Part shown: in pieces, positions 49,723-58,678 of the stretch
How positions within the stretch are numbered: the stretch's first letter is position 1
How the letters are laid out: each line of letters opens with the position of its first letter
The notes under the pieces: model-generated
What the model saw: the letters and a program-made list of their open reading frames with translations, nothing else
Database searches by the model: none
Told to the model about the DNA's origin: nothing
Origin: an uncultured Anaerolineaceae bacterium
Lineage (GTDB): Bacteria > Chloroflexota > Dehalococcoidia > Tepidiformales > Tepidiformaceae
DNA: 64,000 bases
Assembly: GCA_964438865.1 (NCBI GenBank)
Contig: CAYTMI010000015.1
Span: 1-64,000 of the forward strand
Reading direction: 5' to 3'
Program-made: the position numbers and the translations under genes

Positions 49723-50889
49723 ATGGAATTCAAGTTCACCGCCGAGCATGAAGCGCTTCGCACCGAGGTACGGGCCTTCCTGAGGGAGTCGATCCCGTCC
49801 GGCCCCGGCCCTGCCCGCCCCACGAGCCAGGAGAACTGGCCCGAGCAAATGGATTTCTTGCGGAAGCTTGCCGCGAAGAAGTGGGTGGCCCCGGCCTGGC
49901 CAGTGCAATACGGCGGCCTCGGGTGGAGCCACATCAACCAGATGGTGTTCTCCGAGGAACTGGCCTACGCGGGCGCCCCGGACGCCGGGCGCGTCTTCAA
50001 CGTCGGCATGATCGGGCCAACCCTCATCGTCCACGGGAGCGAGGAACAGAAGCGCCAGCACCTGCCGCGGATCACCAGTGGCGAAGTCGTCTGGTGCCAG
50101 GGCTACAGCGAACCGGGCTCGGGCAGTGACCTCGCCAGCCTCCAGACCCGCGCCACCCGCGATGGCGACGACTACGTGGTCAACGGCCAGAAGATCTGGA
50201 CCACCGGCGCCCACCACGCCGACTGGTGCTTCCTCCTGGTGCGCACGAACCCCAATGCGCCGAAGCACAAGGGCATCTCCTTCCTCCTCGCCGACATGAA
50301 GTCGCCGGGCATCAGCGTGCGGCCGATCGTCAACATGGCCGGCTACCACGAATTCAACGAGGTCTTCTTCGAAGACGTCCGCGTCCCGGTGGCGAATCGC
50401 ATCGGCGAAGAGAACAACGGATGGTACGTGGCGATGACGCTGCTCGACTTCGAGCGATCGAACGTCGCGTCGATCGCGGCGAACCAGCGCACCCTCGAGT
50501 TGCTGGCCGGGTACATCCGCGAGCACAAGCCGGGGGGAGACTACCGGGCGGTCCTCCGGCACCGGCTGGCCGACCTCTGGACCGCGAACGAAACCGGCCG
50601 CCTCCTGAGCTACCGGACGGCCTGGATGCAGGAGTCGGGGTTGGTCGCCAACTACGAAGCGTCGGTCATCAAGGTGTTCGCGACCGAACTCGCCCAGCAG
50701 ATCACGAACTTCGGCCTCGGGCTGTTGGGCCCGCAGGGCACCCTGGAGCCGGATTCCCGTCACGCGCTCTGGGACGGGATCATCGAAAAGGGCCACCTTT
50801 CGAACGTGTCGCCCACCATCTACAGCGGGTCGAGCGAGATCCAGCGGAACATCATCGCTACTCGAGGGCTCGGGCTTCCGCGGGACTAA
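49723..50889 (+). CDS. Acyl-CoA dehydrogenase
   Basis: 388 aa; ACAD N-terminal, middle and C-terminal domain motifs (QGYSEPGSGSDLASLQT, catalytic Glu region near the C-terminus). Confidence 0.9.
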   Translation: MEFKFTAEHEALRTEVRAFLRESIPSGPGPARPTSQENWPEQMDFLRKLAAKKWVAPAWPVQYGGLGWSHINQMVFSEELAYAGAPDAGRVFNVGMIGPTLIVHGSEEQKRQHLPRITSGEVVWCQGYSEPGSGSDLASLQTRATRDGDDYVVNGQKIWTTGAHHADWCFLLVRTNPNAPKHKGISFLLADMKSPGISVRPIVNMAGYHEFNEVFFEDVRVPVANRIGEENNGWYVAMTLLDFERSNVASIAANQRTLELLAGYIREHKPGGDYRAVLRHRLADLWTANETGRLLSYRTAWMQESGLVANYEASVIKVFATELAQQITNFGLGLLGPQGTLEPDSRHALWDGIIEKGHLSNVSPTIYSGSSEIQRNIIATRGLGLPRD

Positions 50890-50896
50890 GCGGCCC

Positions 50897-51463
50897 TCAA
50901 CCGGCGTACTCCCAGCCGAGGTCGCGTTCGATGAGCATCTCGCCATCGCGGAGACGGTCGCCATCGGTGACCCGACCGACCACGAGGGTGTGGTCGCCGG
51001 TGGGAATGAACTGTTCCGCCACGCAGGTGTACCAGCCGAGGGCGTCGTGGAGCAGCGGGCAGCCGTCCGGGCTCAGGCTGTAGCGCAGGCCCCGGAGTTT
51101 GTCGTGTGTCTCTGAGGCGGCTTCCTCGGAGCGTCCCCGGATCTTGCTGCCGTCGTAGGGCATGACCACCGCCCGCGCGATCTGGTCGCCGTCCTTTTCG
51201 TGCAGCATGTTCACGCTGAAGGCCCGTGTCGCGCTGACGTTCTTGAGGGTCCGCGCGTCGTTTTCGATGGCGACGCAGACAAGCCGCGGCGTGAACGAAA
51301 CCTGCATCACCCAGTCCGCAATCATGGCGTTGAGTTGGCCGTCGGCGCTGGTGGAGCCGATGACGTGGACGCCGTACGACATCGCGAGCATCGCTTTTTC
51401 CACGGGCTCGAGTTCTTTCGGGTTGCCGGGGATGCTAGGGAACTGGTGGCCGGGGTGCGTCAC
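50897..51463 (-). CDS. Flavin reductase-like FMN-binding protein
   Basis: 188 aa; split-barrel flavin reductase domain (VHVIGS...DWVMQVSF.P.LV). Confidence 0.75.
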   Translation of the reverse strand: MTHPGHQFPSIPGNPKELEPVEKAMLAMSYGVHVIGSTSADGQLNAMIADWVMQVSFTPRLVCVAIENDARTLKNVSATRAFSVNMLHEKDGDQIARAVVMPYDGSKIRGRSEEAASETHDKLRGLRYSLSPDGCPLLHDALGWYTCVAEQFIPTGDHTLVVGRVTDGDRLRDGEMLIERDLGWEYAG

Positions 51464-51517
51464 AGGTGGCTCCTCGCGCGGTGGTGGATCTATCCTGCCA
51501 CCGTTGCGGGGACAGCG

Positions 51518-52306
51518 TCAGTCCGCCGTCGCCGCCGCCATCCCGGGCGCGGGCACCTGCAGCGCAGGCCGCTTCGCGGTGGAGAGTCGATAGCCCAGGT
51601 AAATGAGGATGATCCCGAGAAATTCCGTGACATAGAGCACCTCGGTGTAGCCCGCACGGGTAAAACTCCCGCCGATGCCGGGCAGGATCGCCCCGACGGC
51701 GATGAAGACGTTCGCGCGCACCCGTTCGGGCTGTTCCCCGGAGCGTTTGAACCACACCGCGGAATAGATGGCGCCGCCGATGAGGAAGATCGCGGCCCAG
51801 GTGTTGATGAACGGGCTGAAGGCGCGAATCCACGTCCACTCGATGACGCCTGCGGTCAGACGCTTGTCGCCGGCGGCGGAGCCATCGACCGGCGTAAGAA
51901 GCGCCAGCATGGCTGCAAAGACGACGACGCTGGCAACGGCGATCAGCATCCGGTGGGCAGTCTTGCGGGAGAAGAGCAGGTAGATCGTGCCCTGTGCCAG
52001 GGGTGCCCCTCCCAGCAGCGCGCCCGTGATGTACCAGGCCCGGAACACTGGCTCGTTCCAGCCGAAAAGCGCCGTCCATGCCTCGGTAAAGGTCCCGGCG
52101 CCGAAGGTGAGGATGCCGATCGACCACCAGAGCAGATGGGGCGTCCGCCGTGCCCGATAGCGGCGGAAGACGATCCAGGCGAAGGCCGTGGAGAGGATGG
52201 TGCTCAGGACGGGGATGTAGAGGACCGCATCGATGGTGGAACCACCCTCCTTCGCCGATGGGGCCCGGCGCCCGCCGGCCCGCGCGCGATCTCCCCCGGG
52301 GGCCAC
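51518..52306 (-). CDS. Hypothetical polytopic membrane protein (about 6 TM; start uncertain)
   Basis: Multiple hydrophobic helices; no recognisable family. Confidence 0.45.
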   Translation of the reverse strand: MAPGGDRARAGGRRAPSAKEGGSTIDAVLYIPVLSTILSTAFAWIVFRRYRARRTPHLLWWSIGILTFGAGTFTEAWTALFGWNEPVFRAWYITGALLGGAPLAQGTIYLLFSRKTAHRMLIAVASVVVFAAMLALLTPVDGSAAGDKRLTAGVIEWTWIRAFSPFINTWAAIFLIGGAIYSAVWFKRSGEQPERVRANVFIAVGAILPGIGGSFTRAGYTEVLYVTEFLGIILIYLGYRLSTAKRPALQVPAPGMAAATAD

Positions 52307-52714
52307 GCGGTGGCGCGGGGACGATTCGCACTATAGGGCACCAAACCTTACCGCGGTACACGAGAATCAGCCAAATTGGCAGAATTGAATGGTTATCCCT
52401 GAGGAGCCGCAACTAGCGTCCCCGGATCGGGGGCTGCCCCCGGGAGGAATATTTCGTCCCGAGCGAAACTTTTTTCGCGATCCAGGGAATAGAGGGATGC
52501 TATACCGAGGTAGGGCGCTATATAATTCCGATGACGTGACAGGGCTCGCGGGTCCGTCCGATGGGTATGATCAGGATCATGGCGCCTAACTGGGCCTTGT
52601 GTTCGGAACGGCCGTTCGGTCCCTTCACCCATCGGCGAGTGCCCTGGGCATCTGCCGGACGGTCCTCTGCGACGTTCCAATTCGGTCAACCATCCCATTG
52701 GAGGCTCCCAACCC

Positions 52715-53755
52715 ATGTCCACTGCTGCATCCACCACGCCCGGCCTCGACCTGTCGTGGCTGAATCTCGATGAAGACTGGGGAGCGCGCGCGACCCCCGG
52801 GCGCAAAGGGCTGACGCTGGAGGACCTGAACGTCCTGAGTTACGGGAAGGTGTCTGCGGAGGCACGGACGGCGACGATGGCGATGCGAGGGTCGAAGGCG
52901 GACCCGCGTTCGCCGCGGCACGCCCGCCAGTACCGGAGCAAGAGTGATGTGTGGAGCGAATCGGCGCGGCTGCTTTACGAAGAGGCGATGCAGCGGCAGT
53001 GGGCGTCGGCGGTGGACATTCCCTGGCACGAAGTGAAGGACATGCCGGACGACCTGGAGATGGCGATGTGTACGCTGTGCACGTTTCTGACGCAGGTCGA
53101 ATTCATCGCGGGAGACCTGCCGGGGCGGTTCATGGGGACAGTGCCGCCGGAGCAGTTCGAGGTGCAGTTGTTCCTGGGGACACAGGTGATGGACGAGGCG
53201 AGGCACGAAGACGTGTTCCGCAAGCGGGCGCTGGTGAACGGCGGGGGGCTGGTGGACGCTGGCTTTGGGGCCTCGCAGTTGCTGAGCGCGGACGACTTTA
53301 CGGAGATGACGGCGCGGCTGCACCTGATCGGGGAAGGGTTCGTGCAGACGATCTTCCGGATGGGGGAGCTTATCTCGACGAACGAAGCGGAGAAGCGGAT
53401 CTTCCGGTTGTCGGCGCAGGATGAGTCACGGCACCTGGCGTTCGGGGTGACGCACCTGAAGTACCTGATGGACGTGGAGCCGGAGCGGCGGGAGGAGCTG
53501 CATCACTATCTGGACGTGCAGGAAGGGGCGCTGGGGCAGTCGCAGGGAGCGGCGCTGACGGCGAACCCGACGACAGGAGAAGCGCTGGCGATTCTCGCTG
53601 CGGGTGGGATCGACAAGATCGACGAGGGCTTCGGGAAGCTGCTGCTGATGCGCAAGAAGCAGGTGAACGAGTACATGCACCGTCTCGAAGTGATCGGTCT
53701 GGCCGACCGCCGTGAGCGGATGGCCGAGTCGATGCGCGTCTTCCTGGAGGCCTAA
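52715..53755 (+). CDS. Ferritin-like diiron-carboxylate protein (AurF-like N-oxygenase / diiron oxygenase family)
   Basis: 346 aa; two E..H diiron ligand motifs (VMDEARHEDVF and AQDESRHLAFG) plus upstream Glu residues; size fits the AurF-like family. Confidence 0.55.
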   Translation: MSTAASTTPGLDLSWLNLDEDWGARATPGRKGLTLEDLNVLSYGKVSAEARTATMAMRGSKADPRSPRHARQYRSKSDVWSESARLLYEEAMQRQWASAVDIPWHEVKDMPDDLEMAMCTLCTFLTQVEFIAGDLPGRFMGTVPPEQFEVQLFLGTQVMDEARHEDVFRKRALVNGGGLVDAGFGASQLLSADDFTEMTARLHLIGEGFVQTIFRMGELISTNEAEKRIFRLSAQDESRHLAFGVTHLKYLMDVEPERREELHHYLDVQEGALGQSQGAALTANPTTGEALAILAAGGIDKIDEGFGKLLLMRKKQVNEYMHRLEVIGLADRRERMAESMRVFLEA

Positions 53756-53893
53756 ACCAATGCAACTCACCGAAGGGACACGGATCCGGACCCTGCTGGC
53801 GCTGCGACTGAACGAAGAGCGAACGGTAAGTTTCTGTCGTTAGTGGAGGCGAACCCGGGAGGCCCCCATCGCGTTCTGGAGCTCTTGCGTTGT

Positions 53894-54907
53894 CTACCGG
53901 TAGGCCGAAGGCGCCAGCTCCCGCATCGCCTGCATGATCAGCGCGCGTTTGCGCTGGGGGTCGGTCTCCGCCGTCGCCAGCGATAGGAATGCCGTGTCAA
54001 CGCCCGCATCCATGTAGCGAAGGATGTGCTGGCGGCGCTCCTCGGCCGTGCCCCGGATGATCAGATCATCGACCACGTTCGCAGGGATGGCCGCGACGGC
54101 GCCCCGCCGGTCACCTGCCTCCCAGGCATCCCACATCGGCTGGAGGGCGTCCCCCCGCCCGAGCCAACGATGGAATGCCGCGTACACAGGCACGTTCAGG
54201 TAGGCGTTGATGAGGCGCCGAACGGCGACGTCTGCCTCCGGACCGGGTGGGTCGATGCTGATCATCAGCCGGGCCGTGATCTCAATCTCGCTCGGATCGC
54301 GCCCGGCGGCGACAGCGGCCCCCCGCACGACCTTGACCGACTTCTTGACGTCTTCGGCCGAAAGCCAGTTGACAATGCAGCCGTCGCCGACTTCGCCCGC
54401 CACCCGGAGCATGCCTTCGCGGAGGGCGGCGACGTGGATCGGCACTTCGTATGAGGCCGGGCGCAAGAGCCGGAAGCCGTTGACGCTGAAGGTCTTGCCT
54501 TCGAAGACGACCCGCTCGCCCGCCAACGCCTTGCGGAGGAACAGCACCATTTCGCGAACGCGGGTGGCCGGCCGGTCGAAGGTCAGGTTGTTCCACTGTT
54601 CCACGATCGGCTGTGAGCCGGCCCCGATCCCAAGTTCGAAGCGGCCCGGGGCGATCTCGGCGATGCCTGCGGCCGACTGGGCGAGGGTCGCCGGGCCGCG
54701 CGTGTAGACGTTCGCGATCGCCGTGCCGACCCGCATGTTCGTCGAAAGCGCTACCACCGCGAGGGGCGAGAACGCATCGACGCCATCGACTTCGTAGGAC
54801 CACGCGTCGGTGTAGCCGAGCCGCTCGAGTTCCTGCGCCGCTTCGACGTGATCGAGGTTGGTAAACCCGTCGAAGGGGACCGAAAGCGCCCATCGCTTCT
54901 CAAACAT
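53894..54907 (-). CDS. LLM-class F420-dependent oxidoreductase (luciferase-like monooxygenase family)
   Basis: 337 aa; LLM TIM-barrel motifs (LGIGAGS, FEGKTFSV) typical of the F420-dependent subgroup. Confidence 0.8.
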   Translation of the reverse strand: MFEKRWALSVPFDGFTNLDHVEAAQELERLGYTDAWSYEVDGVDAFSPLAVVALSTNMRVGTAIANVYTRGPATLAQSAAGIAEIAPGRFELGIGAGSQPIVEQWNNLTFDRPATRVREMVLFLRKALAGERVVFEGKTFSVNGFRLLRPASYEVPIHVAALREGMLRVAGEVGDGCIVNWLSAEDVKKSVKVVRGAAVAAGRDPSEIEITARLMISIDPPGPEADVAVRRLINAYLNVPVYAAFHRWLGRGDALQPMWDAWEAGDRRGAVAAIPANVVDDLIIRGTAEERRQHILRYMDAGVDTAFLSLATAETDPQRKRALIMQAMRELAPSAYR

Positions 54908-55955
54908 CGTTGCCTCCCGTCGCGATGAGTTGCTCCGCCTGCGTGACCATCATCGGCACCCGCCATTCGAAATCAGCCGAGGCCGGGTTGGAGGCGGCCC
55001 CTTCGATGTAGTGCATGTACAACCCCTCAAGGATCACGATGAGCTTGTAGGCAGCGAGCACCCGGTAGAAGAGGAAGTCCCGGAGCGAGCGGCCGCTGAG
55101 CCGTTCGTAACGGGCCGCCATCTCGCCCAGCGGAAGGAAGCCGGGCTGCCGGGTGAGGCTGGTCATGCTGGCGGCGACGCGGGCTTCATAGCCGGGCGGG
55201 ATCGGCGCGGGCGCCCAGCTGTGCATCAGGTAGCTCAGGTCGGCCAGGGGGTCGCCGATCGTCGCCATCTCCCAGTCGAAGATAGCGATCAAACGGGGTT
55301 TGTCTTTGGCGAACATGACGTTGTCGAGCTTGTAGTCGCCGTGGACCACGGTGTGGGGCACTTCCGCGGGGATGCGCTCCGTCAGCCATGCGGTGATCGC
55401 GTCGAGGCCGGGGAGTTCCCGCGTACGGGGGCGCGTGAGTTCCCACTGCTTGCTCCAGCGCTCTACCTGGCGCGGGATGTAGCCGGAGTCGCGGCCGCTG
55501 ATGCCGGCGGCGCGCCAGTCCGCGGCGTGAAGTTCAACGAGGGCGTCGATGATGTCTTCGCTGATCCGGCGCCGGCCGTCCGGCGTGTCGTACGCCGCCG
55601 GGATTTCAGTGCGGATGACGACCCCTTCGGAGCGCTCCATCAGGTAGAACGGTGCGCCGATCACGGACACGTCTTCGCAGGCGACAACTGGCCGGGGGAC
55701 TCGCGCCCGCCCGTAGAGCCCCGCCAGGAAGCGGTGCTCGCGGAGGACGTCGTGGGCGGTAGGCAGAAGCGGTCCGGCTGGCGGGCGGCGCATCACCCAA
55801 CGGTCCGCCCCGCGGCTGATGTAAAAGGTTTCGTTGGAGAACCCGGCGACGTGCTTCTCGACCACAATGGGTCCGGGTGTGCCGGGCACGTGGTCGTTAA
55901 TGAAGCGTTCGAGTGCGGGCAGGTTGATAAGGTGTTCGAGCGTGGGCTCGGTCAC
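54900..55955 (-). CDS. Phosphotransferase family protein (APH/choline-kinase-like kinase)
   Basis: 351 aa; Brenner motif HGDYKLDNVMF and the DWE metal-binding motif (IFDWEMATIGDPLADL). Confidence 0.8.
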   Translation of the reverse strand: MTEPTLEHLINLPALERFINDHVPGTPGPIVVEKHVAGFSNETFYISRGADRWVMRRPPAGPLLPTAHDVLREHRFLAGLYGRARVPRPVVACEDVSVIGAPFYLMERSEGVVIRTEIPAAYDTPDGRRRISEDIIDALVELHAADWRAAGISGRDSGYIPRQVERWSKQWELTRPRTRELPGLDAITAWLTERIPAEVPHTVVHGDYKLDNVMFAKDKPRLIAIFDWEMATIGDPLADLSYLMHSWAPAPIPPGYEARVAASMTSLTRQPGFLPLGEMAARYERLSGRSLRDFLFYRVLAAYKLIVILEGLYMHYIEGAASNPASADFEWRVPMMVTQAEQLIATGGNDV

Positions 55956-55994
55956 GGCGGCTCCTCACAGGTTGGTGGGCACTGAGGAGTCTGA

Positions 55995-56035
55995 AGGCGG
56001 CCCCTGCGGCGAGTCAACCGGGGGGGGGGCCGCCT
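55995..56035. terminator. Hairpin with G10 homopolymer in the loop, downstream of the RimI-like gene
   Basis: AGGCGGCCCC ...21-nt loop containing GGGGGGGGGG... GGGGCCGCCT; overlaps the stop of the minus-strand GNAT gene. Confidence 0.45.
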
Positions 56036-56604
56036 CAGTTCGCGCATTCGGAACTCCCGGCCGGAGGGGCTGCCGGTTCGGTCGCTTCAGGGGCCACCAG
56101 CTCGACGCCGGGGAAGCAGTGAGCCAGGTTCGCCCGCGAGCGTATGTCCCGGGCCCCGAACGCCGGGCTTCCGAACGCCTCCGTGGTCATGATCGTCGCG
56201 TCCTCGCCGTTGTCCGAATAGTAGCGTTTGCGGAGGCCAACTTCGTGGAAGCCGAACGCCCGGTAGAGGGCGCGCGCCCCGGTGTTCGAAACCCTGCACT
56301 CGAGGGTCGCCGAGGTCATCCCCAGGGCGCGCGCGAGGTCGAGAAGTCCCTGCACCAGGAGCCGCCCGTACCCGTGGCGGCGCATCCCGGGCAGCACCGC
56401 CACCGTGACCACGTGGGCCTCGTCGAGCATCAGCCAGATGCCGCCGAAGCCCCGGATCTCGCCTCGGCCCACGTCTTCGATGACGATGTAGCGCGCCGCC
56501 CCGTTGTCCACGAGTTCGCGTTCGAAGGCGGTGGCTGGCCAGCCGGTGTCGAAACAGGCGCGTTCGACGGCGGACACCGCCCCAATATCGGCGGGTTCCA
56601 TCAT
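56035..56604 (-). CDS. GNAT N-acetyltransferase, RimI-like (ribosomal-protein-alanine acetyltransferase family)
   Basis: About 189 aa from the ATG at 56604 (MMEPADIGAVSAVE...); RRHGYGRLLV acetyl-CoA motif. Confidence 0.7.
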   Translation of the reverse strand: MMEPADIGAVSAVERACFDTGWPATAFERELVDNGAARYIVIEDVGRGEIRGFGGIWLMLDEAHVVTVAVLPGMRRHGYGRLLVQGLLDLARALGMTSATLECRVSNTGARALYRAFGFHEVGLRKRYYSDNGEDATIMTTEAFGSPAFGARDIRSRANLAHCFPGVELVAPEATEPAAPPAGSSECAN

Positions 56605-56800
56605 CCTCAGGCGCAAGCGGGCCACCGGGCTGCCGTTCTCTCCATCCACCGTTCGATCCTATCCCAGCTGCGGCCGCCGGCAACTCCGCACTCCACGATT
56701 GTCCTGCAATGGGCGCCCCAGACCCTTCCGCCGGGAGGCTCGCAGAAGGCTGACAGTCAGTGGGTTCTCCCGTTCGCGTTGGGTGCGCTAGCATCCCCGC

Positions 56801-58678
56801 ATGGATGGACTGACGGCGGCGAAGCTCCGGGATTGGCGAATCGAACTTCGCGGGCAGGGGCCTGAGTTCGACCACTCCGTGGCGGAACTGCGCGCCCACC
56901 TCGGGGCGGATGGCGAAGGCCTTGCGGGAGCAGGCACGATCGCGCTCGATGCCGGGAGCGGGGATGTCGACGGCTTCAGGGTGACCGTCTCGGCCGGGCA
57001 GATCCGGCTGCGAGGCGACAATCCCCGGGGGCTGGTGAACGCTGTCGCCTGGACGCTGGAGCAACTCGGCTTCGGCTGGGTTGAACCGGGCGAGGCCGGG
57101 CGCGTGGCCCGGGAAGGGCTGGCCCTGCGCCCCGGCGAACATCGGGAGCAGCCGCAATTTCCCAGGCGCACGCTCATCCTCGGGCAGGACGCGCTCCACG
57201 ACGAGTGGCGCGATTGGCTCGAATGGGCGAGCCGGAACCGGCTGAACGACATCTTCTTCCACGACACGCCTCCGAGCCGCCCGGGGAGGGCGGCGCCGCG
57301 CCCGGCGACGGCCGGGGAACTCGCAGCGGACGGCGGCGGCTGGCTGTTCGAGCGCTGGCGGACCGACGGCCCGGCAATCGTCGCGATGGCCCGCGACCGC
57401 GGGATGACGATCCAGTTCGGGGGGCACCATTTGCCGGGGCTGGTCCCGAGGGGTCATTTCGAAGCCCACCCTGAATGGTTCCCGCTTCGCGGCGGCCGGC
57501 GCGATCCCCGGTACAACCTCTGCGTGTCATCGGATGGGGCCCTCGACTGCCTGCGAACCGGCGCCAGGGAGTTCGTGGCCGCCTACCCGGGGGCAGACGT
57601 GTACCACTTCTGGGCCGACGACATCCGCGGCGGCGGCTGGTGCGAATGCCCCGGTTGCGCCCACCTGCCGCCATCGGACCAGGCGCTCATCGCCACGAAC
57701 GTGGTCGCGGGGGCGCTGGCCGGCACCGGCGTCCGTGTCGCGCACCTTGCCTATCGCGACACCGTGCCCCCGCCGGCGTCCGTCCGCCCGGCTCAGGGTG
57801 TGCTCCTTCTCTGGGCGCCACGGGAACGCTGCTACGCCCACGGCATCGCCGACCCCGGCTGCGCGAAGAATCGGGAGGAGTACTGGAAGCCGTTCACGGG
57901 GCTGATGGAGGCGTTCGGCACGGACAAGGGGAGCATCCAGGCTTTTGAGTACTACAGCGACGCCGTCCTCTTCAAGGGCATCGGGCCCACCCACCTGGAG
58001 GTGCTGCGCGCTGACGCCCGTGCCTACGCGGCCGCCGGGGTTTCGAACCTCCAGGACCTGATGGTTGGCGACCGGCCGTGGGTGGGGGCGCCATGGCATG
58101 CGTGGTGGGTCGCTCGCTGCGCCTGGGACGCCGGCGCCGACCCGGCTAAGGCGCTGGACCAGTACTGCGCGCTCGCCTTCCCCGAAGCAGCGGCCGAGTA
58201 CGCCGCTGTCTACCGGCGGGCGGAGGCGGCGTATCTGAAGCTGCTCGATCTCCACGACCTGGAGATGACCGCCCGCCACGACGTCCTCGACTTTTCCGGC
58301 CAGCCGCGCGGGACGCTCCGGCAGAAGGCCCGAGAAGCGCTCGAAGCCGCCGAGGAACTGGACGCGTGTGCCTATGAGACCCTGCGGCTCTCCTCAACCA
58401 CGTGGGAGACGCACAGCCGGCCCCTGCGAGAGGCCGCGCAGGCCACGTTTGTGGCGGCGATCGCCGGGCACCTGGCGGCACGCACCGCAGCCTGGGATGC
58501 CGCTCTCGATGGCGCCGCCGCCCGGGCGCGGGGCCTGCTCGAAACCGCGCGGGAGCGGCTGGCCGCCGTGGAGGCATGGGACGCGGAGTGGAACACGCCG
58601 GCCTACGCCGTCATCACCGTCGGGATGCGCCGGGCGATGCACTACCACACCCGCCGGGTCGAAGCGCTCCTCGGCTAA
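56801..58678 (+). CDS. Large hypothetical protein (625 aa) with CxCxxC cluster (GGWCECPGCAH); family not recognised
   Basis: Long uninterrupted ORF with GC3 bias; no motif I can confidently assign. Confidence 0.5.
   Translation: MDGLTAAKLRDWRIELRGQGPEFDHSVAELRAHLGADGEGLAGAGTIALDAGSGDVDGFRVTVSAGQIRLRGDNPRGLVNAVAWTLEQLGFGWVEPGEAGRVAREGLALRPGEHREQPQFPRRTLILGQDALHDEWRDWLEWASRNRLNDIFFHDTPPSRPGRAAPRPATAGELAADGGGWLFERWRTDGPAIVAMARDRGMTIQFGGHHLPGLVPRGHFEAHPEWFPLRGGRRDPRYNLCVSSDGALDCLRTGAREFVAAYPGADVYHFWADDIRGGGWCECPGCAHLPPSDQALIATNVVAGALAGTGVRVAHLAYRDTVPPPASVRPAQGVLLLWAPRERCYAHGIADPGCAKNREEYWKPFTGLMEAFGTDKGSIQAFEYYSDAVLFKGIGPTHLEVLRADARAYAAAGVSNLQDLMVGDRPWVGAPWHAWWVARCAWDAGADPAKALDQYCALAFPEAAAEYAAVYRRAEAAYLKLLDLHDLEMTARHDVLDFSGQPRGTLRQKAREALEAAEELDACAYETLRLSSTTWETHSRPLREAAQATFVAAIAGHLAARTAAWDAALDGAAARARGLLETARERLAAVEAWDAEWNTPAYAVITVGMRRAMHYHTRRVEALLG

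Noticed and set aside
56020-56029. G10 tract as coding phase-variation switch
   Set aside because: It lies in an intergenic hairpin loop, not within a reading frame, so it is kept only as a low-interest structural observation.
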